From Blastocladiella emersonii ATCC 22665 (lineage: Eukaryota; Fungi; Blastocladiomycota): a DNA stretch of 64,000 nucleotides. Position 1 is the first letter of the stretch, and each line of letters begins with the position of its first letter. The translations under genes were made by a program, and so were the position numbers. Below the pieces are notes generated by a model. The model searched no databases, had not been told where the DNA came from, and worked only from the letters and a program-made list of their open reading frames with translations. The stretch covers positions 62,001 to 126,000 of the forward strand of contig JANHCV010000013.1 in assembly GCA_025594325.1 (NCBI GenBank), read 5' to 3'. Below are positions 9,373-24,800 of this stretch, piece after piece.

Positions 9373-12300
9373 AACGCACCACGCGCTGCGCACACGGCGC
9401 AAACGGCCACCCTGGTGACACGCACACTCGCATGAACGGCAGGCATGCAAGGCGTCCTGAACTCAACGATGATATATCGTCTAGGTCTGCTCGCTCCAAC
9501 GGGTGCGCCTGCCTGCCCTCCCTGTGCCATGGATTGATTGATTCATGTCCAGTGCTGCCCCCATGCTTGCTTTCATGGCCGCGGGGTCCGTCAGGACGCC
9601 TTGCAATGGGTGCGCCAACCCCTGTTGCCAGCCATGTGGCAAGAAACACCACAGCACCTGCGTCGCCCTGGCCACCGTACCTTGCAAACAGCGTAGCAGC
9701 CGTACTGCTTCAGAGGGCTGCAGAGGGCTGGCTGCGGAGGGCTGAGGCGGCAGGGCTCCTCCTGCAGGAGACAGTACTGGGGCCAAGGAGTTAGTGCTAG
9801 GGACTACTAACTGAATGGTGAATGACCCACACACCACATGCTCCTGGCAGGAGTGCGTGTGGGCGCGTGGGCCTGTGTCCGTGCGTGCCTGGATTAGTCC
9901 TCCATCACAAGTGACCAAGGTGACCAAGGTGACCAAGGTGACCAAGGTGACCAAGGTGACATGCAAGCACCAAGTTAGAGCGGCGGGGCAGCCATGGAAA
10001 GAAGGGCACAGGTACAAACTACCGTACCCTGGCCGCGGCCACTAGTCGCAGAACAGCCCTGCATGGCTCAGGACGCGGCGGGCGTTGGAGACAGGGTAGG
10101 TAGGTAGGTAGCAGCAGCAGCAGCAAGGAGCAGGACCTGGCTGGCAAACAACACAAGTGAAGGCGTGCGTGATGGAGTGAGAGAGTGTTGAATGAATGGA
10201 TGGGTGGATGCGATGCAGACCAGCATACGTGTCGTGCGTCGTCCGGATTGGTCGGCGACCACCCGCCAATCCTGCGGCATGGCTGTGGGGGCGGCAGTGG
10301 TGGTAGTGGAGCTAGAGTGGTGTCGTGGGGCTGGTGGGGTCCCCTCTCCTTCCTGTCTCGCCTAGGTGGGTGGGCGGACGTAGCGCGCATGCGGGCGGGC
10401 AAGGTAGGAACGTTGTTCAAGCAATGGATCATGTACTTTATGGCATGTGATCTGCAAGACAGGGAGGGGGAGCGACTGTGTCTAATTTTGACCGAGGGAC
10501 CTTGCTGCAGCCAACGTCTGGCCCAATCCGACCCTCCACAAATCGCAACATGCACGAAACAAATTAGCTGACGTTTGGGATGTACCAAACCAGCCACGTA
10601 GATAATTTTCATGGTACTCAAACAAGACCATACTCAAATCTTTGACTTCCTGCATGTCCAGCTAGCCAGGCTTCTGTAAATCACATTAATGACGCAACAA
10701 AATATCTGGCCATAAGAATATTGTAAACCAGCCACTCTGGCAATTGTCATGGCACTCAAACAAAACCATATTCAAATCTTCGACTTCCCGCATGCCCATG
10801 TGGGCAAGGACCTATAAATCACAGTATCGAACCAACAAAATATCTGACCATAGAAACATAGTATACCAGCCACGAGGACAATTGTCATGGTACTCAAACA
10901 AAACCATATTCAAATCTTTGACTATTCACATGTCTAGCTGGTTGGCGACCCATAAATCGTAACATTGGAGCAACAAAATATCTGACCACGGAAATACAGT
11001 AAACAAGCCCCGGAGATAATTGTCATGGTTCTCAAACAAAACCATATTCAGATCTTTGAATACCCCATGTCCAGGTGGTTGGGGGCCCAGAAATCGTAAC
11101 ATCGAACCAACAAAATATTTGACCATAGAAATATACTAAACCAGCCACGTACGTAATTGTCGCGTTACTTAAACAAAACCATACTCAAAACTTTGACTTC
11201 CCGCATGTTCACCTAGCCAGGTACCCATAAATCACAGTATCGAGCCAACAAAAGATCTGACAATGGAAATATAGTAAACCGGCCGCGGAGAGAATTCTCA
11301 TGGTACTCAAATGAAACCATACTCAAATCTATGACTTCCCACATGTCCAGCTGGTTGAGGACCCATAAATCGTAACGTCAAAGCAACAATGTATCTGACC
11401 ATGGGAATATAGTAAACGAGCCCCGGAGATAATTGTCATGGTACGCAAACAAAACCATACTCAAGTCTATGCCTTCCCACATGTCCAGCTGGTTGGGGAT
11501 CCATAAATCCCAGTATCGAACCAACAAGATATCTGACCATTGGACTATATGTAACCGATCCCGTAGGTAATTGTCATGATACCCAAACAAAACCATATTC
11601 AAATCTTTCACATCCCGCATGTCCAGCTAGCCAGGGACCCATAAATCACAGTATCCAACCAACAAAGTATCTGACCAAAGAAAGATCATAAACCAGCCAC
11701 GCAGATAATTGTCATGGTATTCAAACAAAACCATACTCAAATCTTCGAATACCCGATGTCCAGGTGGGCAAGGGCCTATACATCACAGTGTTGAACCAAC
11801 AAAGTATCTGACGATCGGGATGTATCAAACCGGCCATGCTGATAATTGTCATGGTACTCAAACATAATCATAGTCAAGTCTTCGAATATCCTCACGTCCA
11901 CGTGGGCAAGGACCCAAAGCGCCAGGTATCCAAATCTACCCCGTTGTGCACACTCTCCATTATCCAAGTCTGTCATCCTACAATTTTGGAACCCGTCGGC
12001 AAAGCTCACGGTCCAATCAACGAACAACAGCCAACCTGCCAACCTGGCTACCTACCTGCCTACCTGCCTAGCTGGCTATCTGCCTACCTGCAAACCTGCC
12101 AACCTGCCCTACCTGCTAACCAAACACACACACCGCCTCGCAAGTCCTTGTGGGCCCGCGCTCTCTGGTTGCCGTCCCAGCCAACAAAGGAATGAATGAT
12201 GAGCCCTGGCAGCCTGGCAGCCTGCCACACTGACAGCCTGGCAGCCTGCCACACTGACAGCCTGACAGCGCCCACCCAGTAGTTATTAGCTACCTCGTAT

Positions 12301-12496
12301 GTCGTCTGAGAGGGGTTCAGCAGTCAATATACGACTGGTCTCCTCCTGGCTGGCAGCTCTGCTGTCCACTCCAAGTCCTGCATGATGATGGGCCAAGGAG
12401 GGTTACGAGCAGCTCCTCTGTCTATCCGCGTGAAACCACTCACCCGCTGACGGATGTACACCACGCACCGTGCAGCGCGCACAGCGCACAGCGCCC
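9373..12496. repeat. Unit U4 (3124 bp)
   Basis: Variants A9776, A10044, T10606 and A10688; offset 3029 = G. Confidence 0.95.
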
Positions 12497-15400
12497 AACG
12501 CACCACGCGCTGCGCACACGGCGCAAACGGCCACCCTGGTGACACGCACACTCGCATGAACGGCAGGCATGCAAGGCGTCCTGAACTCAACGATGATATA
12601 TCGTCTAGGTCTGCTCGCTCCAACGGGTGCGCCTGCCTGCCCTCCCTGTGCCATGGATTGATTGATTCATGTCCAGTGCTGCCCCCATGCTTGCTTTCAT
12701 GGCCGCGGGGTCCGTCAGGACGCCTTGCAATGGGTGCGCCAACCCCTGTTGCCAGCCATGTGGCAAGAAACACCACAGCACCTGCGTCGCCCTGGCCACC
12801 GTACCTTGCAAACAGCGTAGCAGCCGTACTGCTTCAGAGGGCTGCAGAGGGCTGGCTGCGGAGGGCTGAGGCGGCAGGGCTCCTCCTGCAGGAGACAGTG
12901 CTGGGGCCAAGGAGTTAGTGCTAGGGACTACTAACTGAATGGTGAATGACCCACACACCACATGCTCCTGGCAGGAGTGCGTGTGGGCGCGTGGGCCTGT
13001 GTCCGTGCGTGCCTGGATTAGTCCTCCATCACAAGTGACCAAGGTGACCAAGGTGACCAAGGTGACCAAGGTGACCAAGGTGACATGCAAGCACCAAGTT
13101 AGAGCGGCGGGGCAGCCATGGAAAGAAGGGCACAGGTACAAACTACCGTACCCTGGCCGCGGCCACTTGTCGCAGAACAGCCCTGCATGGCTCAGGACGC
13201 GGCGGGCGTTGGAGACAGGGTAGGTAGGTAGGTAGCAGCAGCAGCAGCAAGGAGCAGGACCTGGCTGGCAAACAACACAAGTGAAGGCGTGCGTGATGGA
13301 GTGAGAGAGTGTTGAATGAATGGATGGGTGGATGCGATGCAGACCAGCATACGTGTCGTGCGTCGTCCGGATTGGTCGGCGACCACCCGCCAATCCTGCG
13401 GCATGGCTGTGGGGGCGGCAGTGGTGGTAGTGGAGCTAGAGTGGTGTCGTGGGGCTGGTGGGGTCCCCTCTCCTTCCTGTCTCGCCTAGGTGGGTGGGCG
13501 GACGTAGCGCGCATGCGGGCGGGCAAGGTAGGAACGTTGTTCAAGCAATGGATCATGTACTTTATGGCATGTGATCTGCAAGACAGGGAGGGGGAGCGAC
13601 TGTGTCTAATTTTGACCGAGGGACCTTGCTGCAGCCAACGTCTGGCCCAATCCGACCCTCCACAAATCGCAACATGCACGAAACAAATTAGCTGACGTTT
13701 GGGATGTACCAAACCAGCCACGTAGATAACTTTCATGGTACTCAAACAAGACCATACTCAAATCTTTGACTTCCTGCATGTCCAGCTAGCCAGGCTTCTG
13801 TAAATCACATTGATGACGCAACAAAATATCTGGCCATAAGAATATTGTAAACCAGCCACTCTGGCAATTGTCATGGCACTCAAACAAAACCATATTCAAA
13901 TCTTCGACTTCCCGCATGCCCATGTGGGCAAGGACCTATAAATCACAGTATCGAACCAACAAAATATCTGACCATAGAAACATAGTATACCAGCCACGAG
14001 GACAATTGTCATGGTACTCAAACAAAACCATATTCAAATCTTTGACTATTCACATGTCTAGCTGGTTGGCGACCCATAAATCGTAACATTGGAGCAACAA
14101 AATATCTGACCACGGAAATACAGTAAACAAGCCCCGGAGATAATTGTCATGGTTCTCAAACAAAACCATATTCAGATCTTTGAATACCCCATGTCCAGGT
14201 GGTTGGGGGCCCAGAAATCGTAACATCGAACCAACAAAATATTTGACCATAGAAATATACTAAACCAGCCACGTACGTAATTGTCGCGTTACTTAAACAA
14301 AACCATACTCAAAACTTTGACTTCCCGCATGTTCACCTAGCCAGGTACCCATAAATCACAGTATCGAGCCAACAAAAGATCTGACAATGGAAATATAGTA
14401 AACCGGCCGCGGAGAGAATTCTCATGGTACTCAAATGAAACCATACTCAAATCTATGACTTCCCACATGTCCAGCTGGTTGAGGACCCATAAATCGTAAC
14501 GTCAAAGCAACAATGTATCTGACCATGGGAATATAGTAAACGAGCCCCGGAGATAATTGTCATGGTACGCAAACAAAACCATACTCAAGTCTATGCCTTC
14601 CCACATGTCCAGCTGGTTGGGGATCCATAAATCCCAGTATCGAACCAACAAGATATCTGACCATTGGACTATATGTAACCGATCCCGTAGGTAATTGTCA
14701 TGATACCCAAACAAAACCATATTCAAATCTTTCACATCCCGCATGTCCAGCTAGCCAGGGACCCATAAATCACAGTATCCAACCAACAAAGTATCTGACC
14801 AAAGAAAGATCATAAACCAGCCACGCAGATAATTGTCATGGTATTCAAACAAAACCATACTCAAATCTTCGAATACCCGATGTCCAGGTGGGCAAGGGCC
14901 TATACATCACAGTGTTGAACCAACAAAGTATCTGACGATCGGGATGTATCAAACCGGCCATGCTGATAATTGTCATGGTACTCAAACATAATCATAGTCA
15001 AGTCTTCGAATATCCTCACGTCCACGTGGGCAAGGACCCAAAGCGCCAGGTATCCAAATCTACCCCGTTGTGCACACTCTCCATTATCCAAGTCTGTCAT
15101 CCTACAATTTTGGAACCCGTCGGCAAAGCTCACGGTCCAATCAACGAACAACAGCCAACCTGCCAACCTGGCTACCTACCTGCCTACCTGCCTAGCTGGC
15201 TATCTGCCTACCTGCAAACCTGCCAACCTGCCCTACCTGCTAACCAAACACACACACCGCCTCGCAAGTCCTTGTGGGCCCGCGCTCTCTGGTTGCCGTC
15301 CCAGCCAACAAAGGAATGAATGATGAGCCCTGGCAGCCTGGCAGCCTGCCACACTGACAGCCTGGCAGCCTGCCACACTGACAGCCTGACAGCGCCCACC

Positions 15401-15620
15401 CAGTAGTTATTAGCTACCTCGTATGTCGTCTGAGAGGGGTTCAGCAGTCAATATACGACTGGTCTCCTCCTGGCTGGCAGCTCTGCTGTCCACTCCAAGT
15501 CCTGCATGATGATGGGCCAAGGAGCGTTACGAGCAGCTCCTCTGTCTATCCGCGTGAAACCACTCACCCGCTGACGGATGTACACCACGCACCGTGCAGC
15601 GCGCACAGCGCACAGCGCCC
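12497..15620. repeat. Unit U5 (3124 bp)
   Basis: Offset 3029 = C. Confidence 0.95.
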
Positions 15621-18600
15621 AACGCACCACGCGCTGCGCACACGGCGCAAACGGCCACCCTGGTGACACGCACACTCGCATGAACGGCAGGCATGCAAGG
15701 CGTCCTGAACTCAACGATGATATATCGTCTAGGTCTGCTCGCTCCAACGGGTGCGCCTGCCTGCCCTCCCTGTGCCATGGATTGATTGATTCATGTCCAG
15801 TGCTGCCCCCATGCTTGCTTTCATGGCCGCGGGGTCCGTCAGGACGCCTTGCAATGGGTGCGCCAACCCCTGTTGCCAGCCATGTGGCAAGAAACACCAC
15901 AGCACCTGCGTCGCCCTGGCCACCGTACCTTGCAAACAGCGTAGCAGCCGTACTGCTTCAGAGGGCTGCAGAGGGCTGGCTGCGGAGGGCTGAGGCGGCA
16001 GGGCTCCTCCTGCAGGAGACAGTACTGGGGCCAAGGAGTTAGTGCTAGGGACTACTAACTGAATGGTGAATGACCCACACACCACATGCTCCTGGCAGGA
16101 GTGCGTGTGGGCGCGTGGGCCTGTGTCCGTGCGTGCCTGGATTAGTCCTCCATCACAAGTGACCAAGGTGACCAAGGTGACCAAGGTGACCAAGGTGACC
16201 AAGGTGACATGCAAGCACCAAGTTAGAGCGGCGGGGCAGCCATGGAAAGAAGGGCACAGGTACAAACTACCGTACCCTGGCCGCGGCCACTAGTCGCAGA
16301 ACAGCCCTGCATGGCTCAGGACGCGGCGGGCGTTGGAGACAGGGTAGGTAGGTAGGTAGCAGCAGCAGCAGCAAGGAGCAGGACCTGGCTGGCAAACAAC
16401 ACAAGTGAAGGCGTGCGTGATGGAGTGAGAGAGTGTTGAATGAATGGATGGGTGGATGCGATGCAGACCAGCATACGTGTCGTGCGTCGTCCGGATTGGT
16501 CGGCGACCACCCGCCAATCCTGCGGCATGGCTGTGGGGGCGGCAGTGGTGGTAGTGGAGCTAGAGTGGTGTCGTGGGGCTGGTGGGGTCCCCTCTCCTTC
16601 CTGTCTCGCCTAGGTGGGTGGGCGGACGTAGCGCGCATGCGGGCGGGCAAGGTAGGAACGTTGTTCAAGCAATGGATCATGTACTTTATGGCATGTGATC
16701 TGCAAGACAGGGAGGGGGAGCGACTGTGTCTAATTTTGACCGAGGGACCTTGCTGCAGCCAACGTCTGGCCCAATCCGACCCTCCACAAATCGCAACATG
16801 CACGAAACAAATTAGCTGACGTTTGGGATGTACCAAACCAGCCACGTAGATAATTTTCATGGTACTCAAACAAGACCATACTCAAATCTTTGACTTCCTG
16901 CATGTCCAGCTAGCCAGGCTTCTGTAAATCACATTAATGACGCAACAAAATATCTGGCCATAAGAATATTGTAAACCAGCCACTCTGGCAATTGTCATGG
17001 CACTCAAACAAAACCATATTCAAATCTTCGACTTCCCGCATGCCCATGTGGGCAAGGACCTATAAATCACAGTATCGAACCAACAAAATATCTGACCATA
17101 GAAACATAGTATACCAGCCACGAGGACAATTGTCATGGTACTCAAACAAAACCATATTCAAATCTTTGACTATTCACATGTCTAGCTGGTTGGCGACCCA
17201 TAAATCGTAACATTGGAGCAACAAAATATCTGACCACGGAAATACAGTAAACAAGCCCCGGAGATAATTGTCATGGTTCTCAAACAAAACCATATTCAGA
17301 TCTTTGAATACCCCATGTCCAGGTGGTTGGGGGCCCAGAAATCGTAACATCGAACCAACAAAATATTTGACCATAGAAATATACTAAACCAGCCACGTAC
17401 GTAATTGTCGCGTTACTTAAACAAAACCATACTCAAAACTTTGACTTCCCGCATGTTCACCTAGCCAGGTACCCATAAATCACAGTATCGAGCCAACAAA
17501 AGATCTGACAATGGAAATATAGTAAACCGGCCGCGGAGAGAATTCTCATGGTACTCAAATGAAACCATACTCAAATCTATGACTTCCCACATGTCCAGCT
17601 GGTTGAGGACCCATAAATCGTAACGTCAAAGCAACAATGTATCTGACCATGGGAATATAGTAAACGAGCCCCGGAGATAATTGTCATGGTACGCAAACAA
17701 AACCATACTCAAGTCTATGCCTTCCCACATGTCCAGCTGGTTGGGGATCCATAAATCCCAGTATCGAACCAACAAGATATCTGACCATTGGACTATATGT
17801 AACCGATCCCGTAGGTAATTGTCATGATACCCAAACAAAACCATATTCAAATCTTTCACATCCCGCATGTCCAGCTAGCCAGGGACCCATAAATCACAGT
17901 ATCCAACCAACAAAGTATCTGACCAAAGAAAGATCATAAACCAGCCACGCAGATAATTGTCATGGTATTCAAACAAAACCATACTCAAATCTTCGAATAC
18001 CCGATGTCCAGGTGGGCAAGGGCCTATACATCACAGTGTTGAACCAACAAAGTATCTGACGATCGGGATGTATCAAACCGGCCATGCTGATAATTGTCAT
18101 GGTACTCAAACATAATCATAGTCAAGTCTTCGAATATCCTCACGTCCACGTGGGCAAGGACCCAAAGCGCCAGGTATCCAAATCTACCCCGTTGTGCACA
18201 CTCTCCATTATCCAAGTCTGTCATCCTACAATTTTGGAACCCGTCGGCAAAGCTCACGGTCCAATCAACGAACAACAGCCAACCTGCCAACCTGGCTACC
18301 TACCTGCCTACCTGCCTAGCTGGCTATCTGCCTACCTGCAAACCTGCCAACCTGCCCTACCTGCTAACCAAACACACACACCGCCTCGCAAGTCCTTGTG
18401 GGCCCGCGCTCTCTGGTTGCCGTCCCAGCCAACAAAGGAATGAATGATGAGCCCTGGCAGCCTGGCAGCCTGCCACACTGACAGCCTGGCAGCCTGCCAC
18501 ACTGACAGCCTGACAGCGCCCACCCAGTAGTTATTAGCTACCTCGTATGTCGTCTGAGAGGGGTTCAGCAGTCAATATACGACTGGTCTCCTCCTGGCTG

Positions 18601-18744
18601 GCAGCTCTGCTGTCCACTCCAAGTCCTGCATGATGATGGGCCAAGGAGGGTTACGAGCAGCTCCTCTGTCTATCCGCGTGAAACCACTCACCCGCTGACG
18701 GATGTACACCACGCACCGTGCAGCGCGCACAGCGCACAGCGCCC
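15621..18744. repeat. Unit U6 (3124 bp)
   Basis: Variants A16024, A16292, T16854 and A16936 (same set as U4); offset 3029 = G. Confidence 0.95.
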
Positions 18745-21700
18745 AACGCACCACGCGCTGCGCACACGGCGCAAACGGCCACCCTGGTGACACGCACACT
18801 CGCATGAACGGCAGGCATGCAAGGCGTCCTGAACTCAACGATGATATATCGTCTAGGTCTGCTCGCTCCAACGGGTGCGCCTGCCTGCCCTCCCTGTGCC
18901 ATGGATTGATTGATTCATGTCCAGTGCTGCCCCCATGCTTGCTTTCATGGCCGCGGGGTCCGTCAGGACGCCTTGCAATGGGTGCGCCAACCCCTGTTGC
19001 CAGCCATGTGGCAAGAAACACCACAGCACCTGCGTCGCCCTGGCCACCGTACCTTGCAAACAGCGTAGCAGCCGTACTGCTTCAGAGGGCTGCAGAGGGC
19101 TGGCTGCGGAGGGCTGAGGCGGCAGGGCTCCTCCTGCAGGAGACAGTGCTGGGGCCAAGGAGTTAGTGCTAGGGACTACTAACTGAATGGTGAATGACCC
19201 ACACACCACATGCTCCTGGCAGGAGTGCGTGTGGGCGCGTGGGCCTGTGTCCGTGCGTGCCTGGATTAGTCCTCCATCACAAGTGACCAAGGTGACCAAG
19301 GTGACCAAGGTGACCAAGGTGACCAAGGTGACATGCAAGCACCAAGTTAGAGCGGCGGGGCAGCCATGGAAAGAAGGGCACAGGTACAAACTACCGTACC
19401 CTGGCCGCGGCCACTTGTCGCAGAACAGCCCTGCATGGCTCAGGACGCGGCGGGCGTTGGAGACAGGGTAGGTAGGTAGGTAGCAGCAGCAGCAGCAAGG
19501 AGCAGGACCTGGCTGGCAAACAACACAAGTGAAGGCGTGCGTGATGGAGTGAGAGAGTGTTGAATGAATGGATGGGTGGATGCGATGCAGACCAGCATAC
19601 GTGTCGTGCGTCGTCCGGATTGGTCGGCGACCACCCGCCAATCCTGCGGCATGGCTGTGGGGGCGGCAGTGGTGGTAGTGGAGCTAGAGTGGTGTCGTGG
19701 GGCTGGTGGGGTCCCCTCTCCTTCCTGTCTCGCCTAGGTGGGTGGGCGGACGTAGCGCGCATGCGGGCGGGCAAGGTAGGAACGTTGTTCAAGCAATGGA
19801 TCATGTACTTTATGGCATGTGATCTGCAAGACAGGGAGGGGGAGCGACTGTGTCTAATTTTGACCGAGGGACCTTGCTGCAGCCAACGTCTGGCCCAATC
19901 CGACCCTCCACAAATCGCAACATGCACGAAACAAATTAGCTGACGTTTGGGATGTACCAAACCAGCCACGTAGATAACTTTCATGGTACTCAAACAAGAC
20001 CATACTCAAATCTTTGACTTCCTGCATGTCCAGCTAGCCAGGCTTCTGTAAATCACATTGATGACGCAACAAAATATCTGGCCATAAGAATATTGTAAAC
20101 CAGCCACTCTGGCAATTGTCATGGCACTCAAACAAAACCATATTCAAATCTTCGACTTCCCGCATGCCCATGTGGGCAAGGACCTATAAATCACAGTATC
20201 GAACCAACAAAATATCTGACCATAGAAACATAGTATACCAGCCACGAGGACAATTGTCATGGTACTCAAACAAAACCATATTCAAATCTTTGACTATTCA
20301 CATGTCTAGCTGGTTGGCGACCCATAAATCGTAACATTGGAGCAACAAAATATCTGACCACGGAAATACAGTAAACAAGCCCCGGAGATAATTGTCATGG
20401 TTCTCAAACAAAACCATATTCAGATCTTTGAATACCCCATGTCCAGGTGGTTGGGGGCCCAGAAATCGTAACATCGAACCAACAAAATATTTGACCATAG
20501 AAATATACTAAACCAGCCACGTACGTAATTGTCGCGTTACTTAAACAAAACCATACTCAAAACTTTGACTTCCCGCATGTTCACCTAGCCAGGTACCCAT
20601 AAATCACAGTATCGAGCCAACAAAAGATCTGACAATGGAAATATAGTAAACCGGCCGCGGAGAGAATTCTCATGGTACTCAAATGAAACCATACTCAAAT
20701 CTATGACTTCCCACATGTCCAGCTGGTTGAGGACCCATAAATCGTAACGTCAAAGCAACAATGTATCTGACCATGGGAATATAGTAAACGAGCCCCGGAG
20801 ATAATTGTCATGGTACGCAAACAAAACCATACTCAAGTCTATGCCTTCCCACATGTCCAGCTGGTTGGGGATCCATAAATCCCAGTATCGAACCAACAAG
20901 ATATCTGACCATTGGACTATATGTAACCGATCCCGTAGGTAATTGTCATGATACCCAAACAAAACCATATTCAAATCTTTCACATCCCGCATGTCCAGCT
21001 AGCCAGGGACCCATAAATCACAGTATCCAACCAACAAAGTATCTGACCAAAGAAAGATCATAAACCAGCCACGCAGATAATTGTCATGGTATTCAAACAA
21101 AACCATACTCAAATCTTCGAATACCCGATGTCCAGGTGGGCAAGGGCCTATACATCACAGTGTTGAACCAACAAAGTATCTGACGATCGGGATGTATCAA
21201 ACCGGCCATGCTGATAATTGTCATGGTACTCAAACATAATCATAGTCAAGTCTTCGAATATCCTCACGTCCACGTGGGCAAGGACCCAAAGCGCCAGGTA
21301 TCCAAATCTACCCCGTTGTGCACACTCTCCATTATCCAAGTCTGTCATCCTACAATTTTGGAACCCGTCGGCAAAGCTCACGGTCCAATCAACGAACAAC
21401 AGCCAACCTGCCAACCTGGCTACCTACCTGCCTACCTGCCTAGCTGGCTATCTGCCTACCTGCAAACCTGCCAACCTGCCCTACCTGCTAACCAAACACA
21501 CACACCGCCTCGCAAGTCCTTGTGGGCCCGCGCTCTCTGGTTGCCGTCCCAGCCAACAAAGGAATGAATGATGAGCCCTGGCAGCCTGGCAGCCTGCCAC
21601 ACTGACAGCCTGGCAGCCTGCCACACTGACAGCCTGGCAGCCTGCCACACTGACAGCCTGACAGCGCCCACCCAGTAGTTATTAGCTACCTCGTATGTCA

Positions 21701-21892
21701 TCTGAGAGGGGTTCAGCAGTCAATATACGACTGGTCTCCTCCTGGCTGGCAGCTCTGCTGTCCACTCCAAGTCCTGCATGATGATGGGCCAAGGAGCGTT
21801 ACGAGCAGCTCCTCTGTCTATCCGCGTGAAACCACTCACCCGCTGACGGATGTACACCACGCACCGTGCAGCGCGCACAGCGCACAGCGCCC
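18745..21892. repeat. Unit U7 (3148 bp)
   Basis: 24-mer x3; A21700; C allele at the offset-3029 site. Confidence 0.95.
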
Positions 21893-24800
21893 AACGCACC
21901 ACGCGCTGCGCACACGGCGCAAACGGCCACCCTGGTGACACGCACACTCGCATGAACGGCAGGCATGCAAGGCGTCCTGAACTCAACGATGATATATCGT
22001 CTAGGTCTGCTCGCTCCAACGGGTGCGCCTGCCTGCCCTCCCTGTGCCATGGATTGATTGATTCATGTCCAGTGCTGCCCCCATGCTTGCTTTCATGGCC
22101 GCGGGGTCCGTCAGGACGCCTTGCAATGGGTGCGCCAACCCCTGTTGCCAGCCATGTGGCAAGAAACACCACAGCACCTGCGTCGCCCTGGCCACCGTAC
22201 CTTGCAAACAGCGTAGCAGCCGTACTGCTTCAGAGGGCTGCAGAGGGCTGGCTGCGGAGGGCTGAGGCGGCAGGGCTCCTCCTGCAGGAGACAGTGCTGG
22301 GGCCAAGGAGTTAGTGCTAGGGACTACTAACTGAATGGTGAATGACCCACACACCACATGCTCCTGGCAGGAGTGCGTGTGGGCGCGTGGGCCTGTGTCC
22401 GTGCGTGCCTGGATTAGTCCTCCATCACAAGTGACCAAGGTGACCAAGGTGACCAAGGTGACCAAGGTGACCAAGGTGACATGCAAGCACCAAGTTAGAG
22501 CGGCGGGGCAGCCATGGAAAGAAGGGCACAGGTACAAACTACCGTACCCTGGCCGCGGCCACTTGTCGCAGAACAGCCCTGCATGGCTCAGGACGCGGCG
22601 GGCGTTGGAGACAGGGTAGGTAGGTAGGTAGCAGCAGCAGCAGCAAGGAGCAGGACCTGGCTGGCAAACAACACAAGTGAAGGCGTGCGTGATGGAGTAA
22701 GAGAGTGTTGAATGAATGGATGGGTGGATGCGATGCAGACCAGCATACGTGTCGTGCGTCGTCCGGATTGGTCGGCGACCACCCGCCAATCCTGCGGCAT
22801 GGCTGTGGGGGCGGCAGTGGTGGTAGTGGAGCTAGAGTGGTGTCGTGGGGCTGGTGGGGTCCCCTCTCCTTCCTGTCTCGCCTAGGTGGGTGGGCGGACG
22901 TAGCGCGCATGCGGGCGGGCAAGGTAGGAACGTTGTTCAAGCAATGGATCATGTACTTTATGGCATGTGATCTGCAAGACAGGGAGGGGGAGCGACTGTG
23001 TCTAATTTTGACCGAGGGACCTTGCTGCAGCCAACGTCTGGCCCAATCCGACCCTCCACAAATCGCAACATGCACGAAACAAATTAGCTGACGTTTGGGA
23101 TGTACCAAACCAGCCACGTAGATAATTTTCATGGTACTCAAACAAGACCATACTCAAATCTTTGACTTCCTGCATGTCCAGCTAGCCAGGCTTCTGTAAA
23201 TCACATTAATGACGCAACAAAATATCTGGCCATAAGAATATTGTAAACCAGCCACTCTGGCAATTGTCATGGCACTCAAACAAAACCATATTCAAATCTT
23301 CGACTTCCCGCATGCCCATGTGGGCAAGGACCTATAAATCACAGTATCGAACCAACAAAATATCTGACCATAGAAACATAGTATACCAGCCACGAGGACA
23401 ATTGTCATGGTACTCAAACAAAACCATATTCAAATCTTTGACTATTCACATGTCTAGCTGGTTGGCGACCCATAAATCGTAACATTGGAGCAACAAAATA
23501 TCTGACCACGGAAATACAGTAAACAAGCCCCGGAGATAATTGTCATGGTTCTCAAACAAAACCATATTCAGATCTTTGAATACCCCATGTCCAGGTGGTT
23601 GGGGGCCCAGAAATCGTAACATCGAACCAACAAAATATTTGACCATAGAAATATACTAAACCAGCCACGTACGTAATTGTCGCGTTACTTAAACAAAACC
23701 ATACTCAAAACTTTGACTTCCCGCATGTTCACCTAGCCAGGTACCCATAAATCACAGTATCGAGCCAACAAAAGATCTGACAATGGAAATATAGTAAACC
23801 GGCCGCGGAGAGAATTCTCATGGTACTCAAATGAAACCATACTCAAATCTATGACTTCCCACATGTCCAGCTGGTTGAGGACCCATAAATCGTAACGTCA
23901 AAGCAACAATGTATCTGACCATGGGAATATAGTAAACGAGCCCCGGAGATAATTGTCATGGTACGCAAACAAAACCATACTCAAGTCTATGCCTTCCCAC
24001 ATGTCCAGCTGGTTGGGGATCCATAAATCCCAGTATCGAACCAACAAGATATCTGACCATTGGACTATATGTAACCGATCCCGTAGGTAATTGTCATGAT
24101 ACCCAAACAAAACCATATTCAAATCTTTCACATCCCGCATGTCCAGCTAGCCAGGGACCCATAAATCACAGTATCCAACCAACAAAGTATCTGACCAAAG
24201 AAAGATCATAAACCAGCCACGCAGATAATTGTCATGGTATTCAAACAAAACCATACTCAAATCTTCGAATACCCGATGTCCAGGTGGGCAAGGGCCTATA
24301 CATCACAGTGTTGAACCAACAAAGTATCTGACGATCGGGATGTATCAAACCGGCCATGCTGATAATTGTCATGGTACTCAAACATAATCATAGTCAAGTC
24401 TTCGAATATCCTCACGTCCACGTGGGCAAGGACCCAAAGCGCCAGGTATCCAAATCTACCCCGTTGTGCACACTCTCCATTATCCAAGTCTGTCATCCTA
24501 CAATTTTGGAACCCGTCGGCAAAGCTCACGGTCCAATCAACGAACAACAGCCAACCTGCCAACCTGGCTACCTACCTGCCTACCTGCCTAGCTGGCTATC
24601 TGCCTACCTGCAAACCTGCCAACCTGCCCTACCTGCTAACCAAACACACACACCGCCTCGCAAGTCCTTGTGGGCCCGCGCTCTCTGGTTGCCGTCCCAG
24701 CCAACAAAGGAATGAATGATGAGCCCTGGCAGCCTGGCAGCCTGCCACACTGACAGCCTGGCAGCCTGCCACACTGACAGCCTGACAGCGCCCACCCAGT

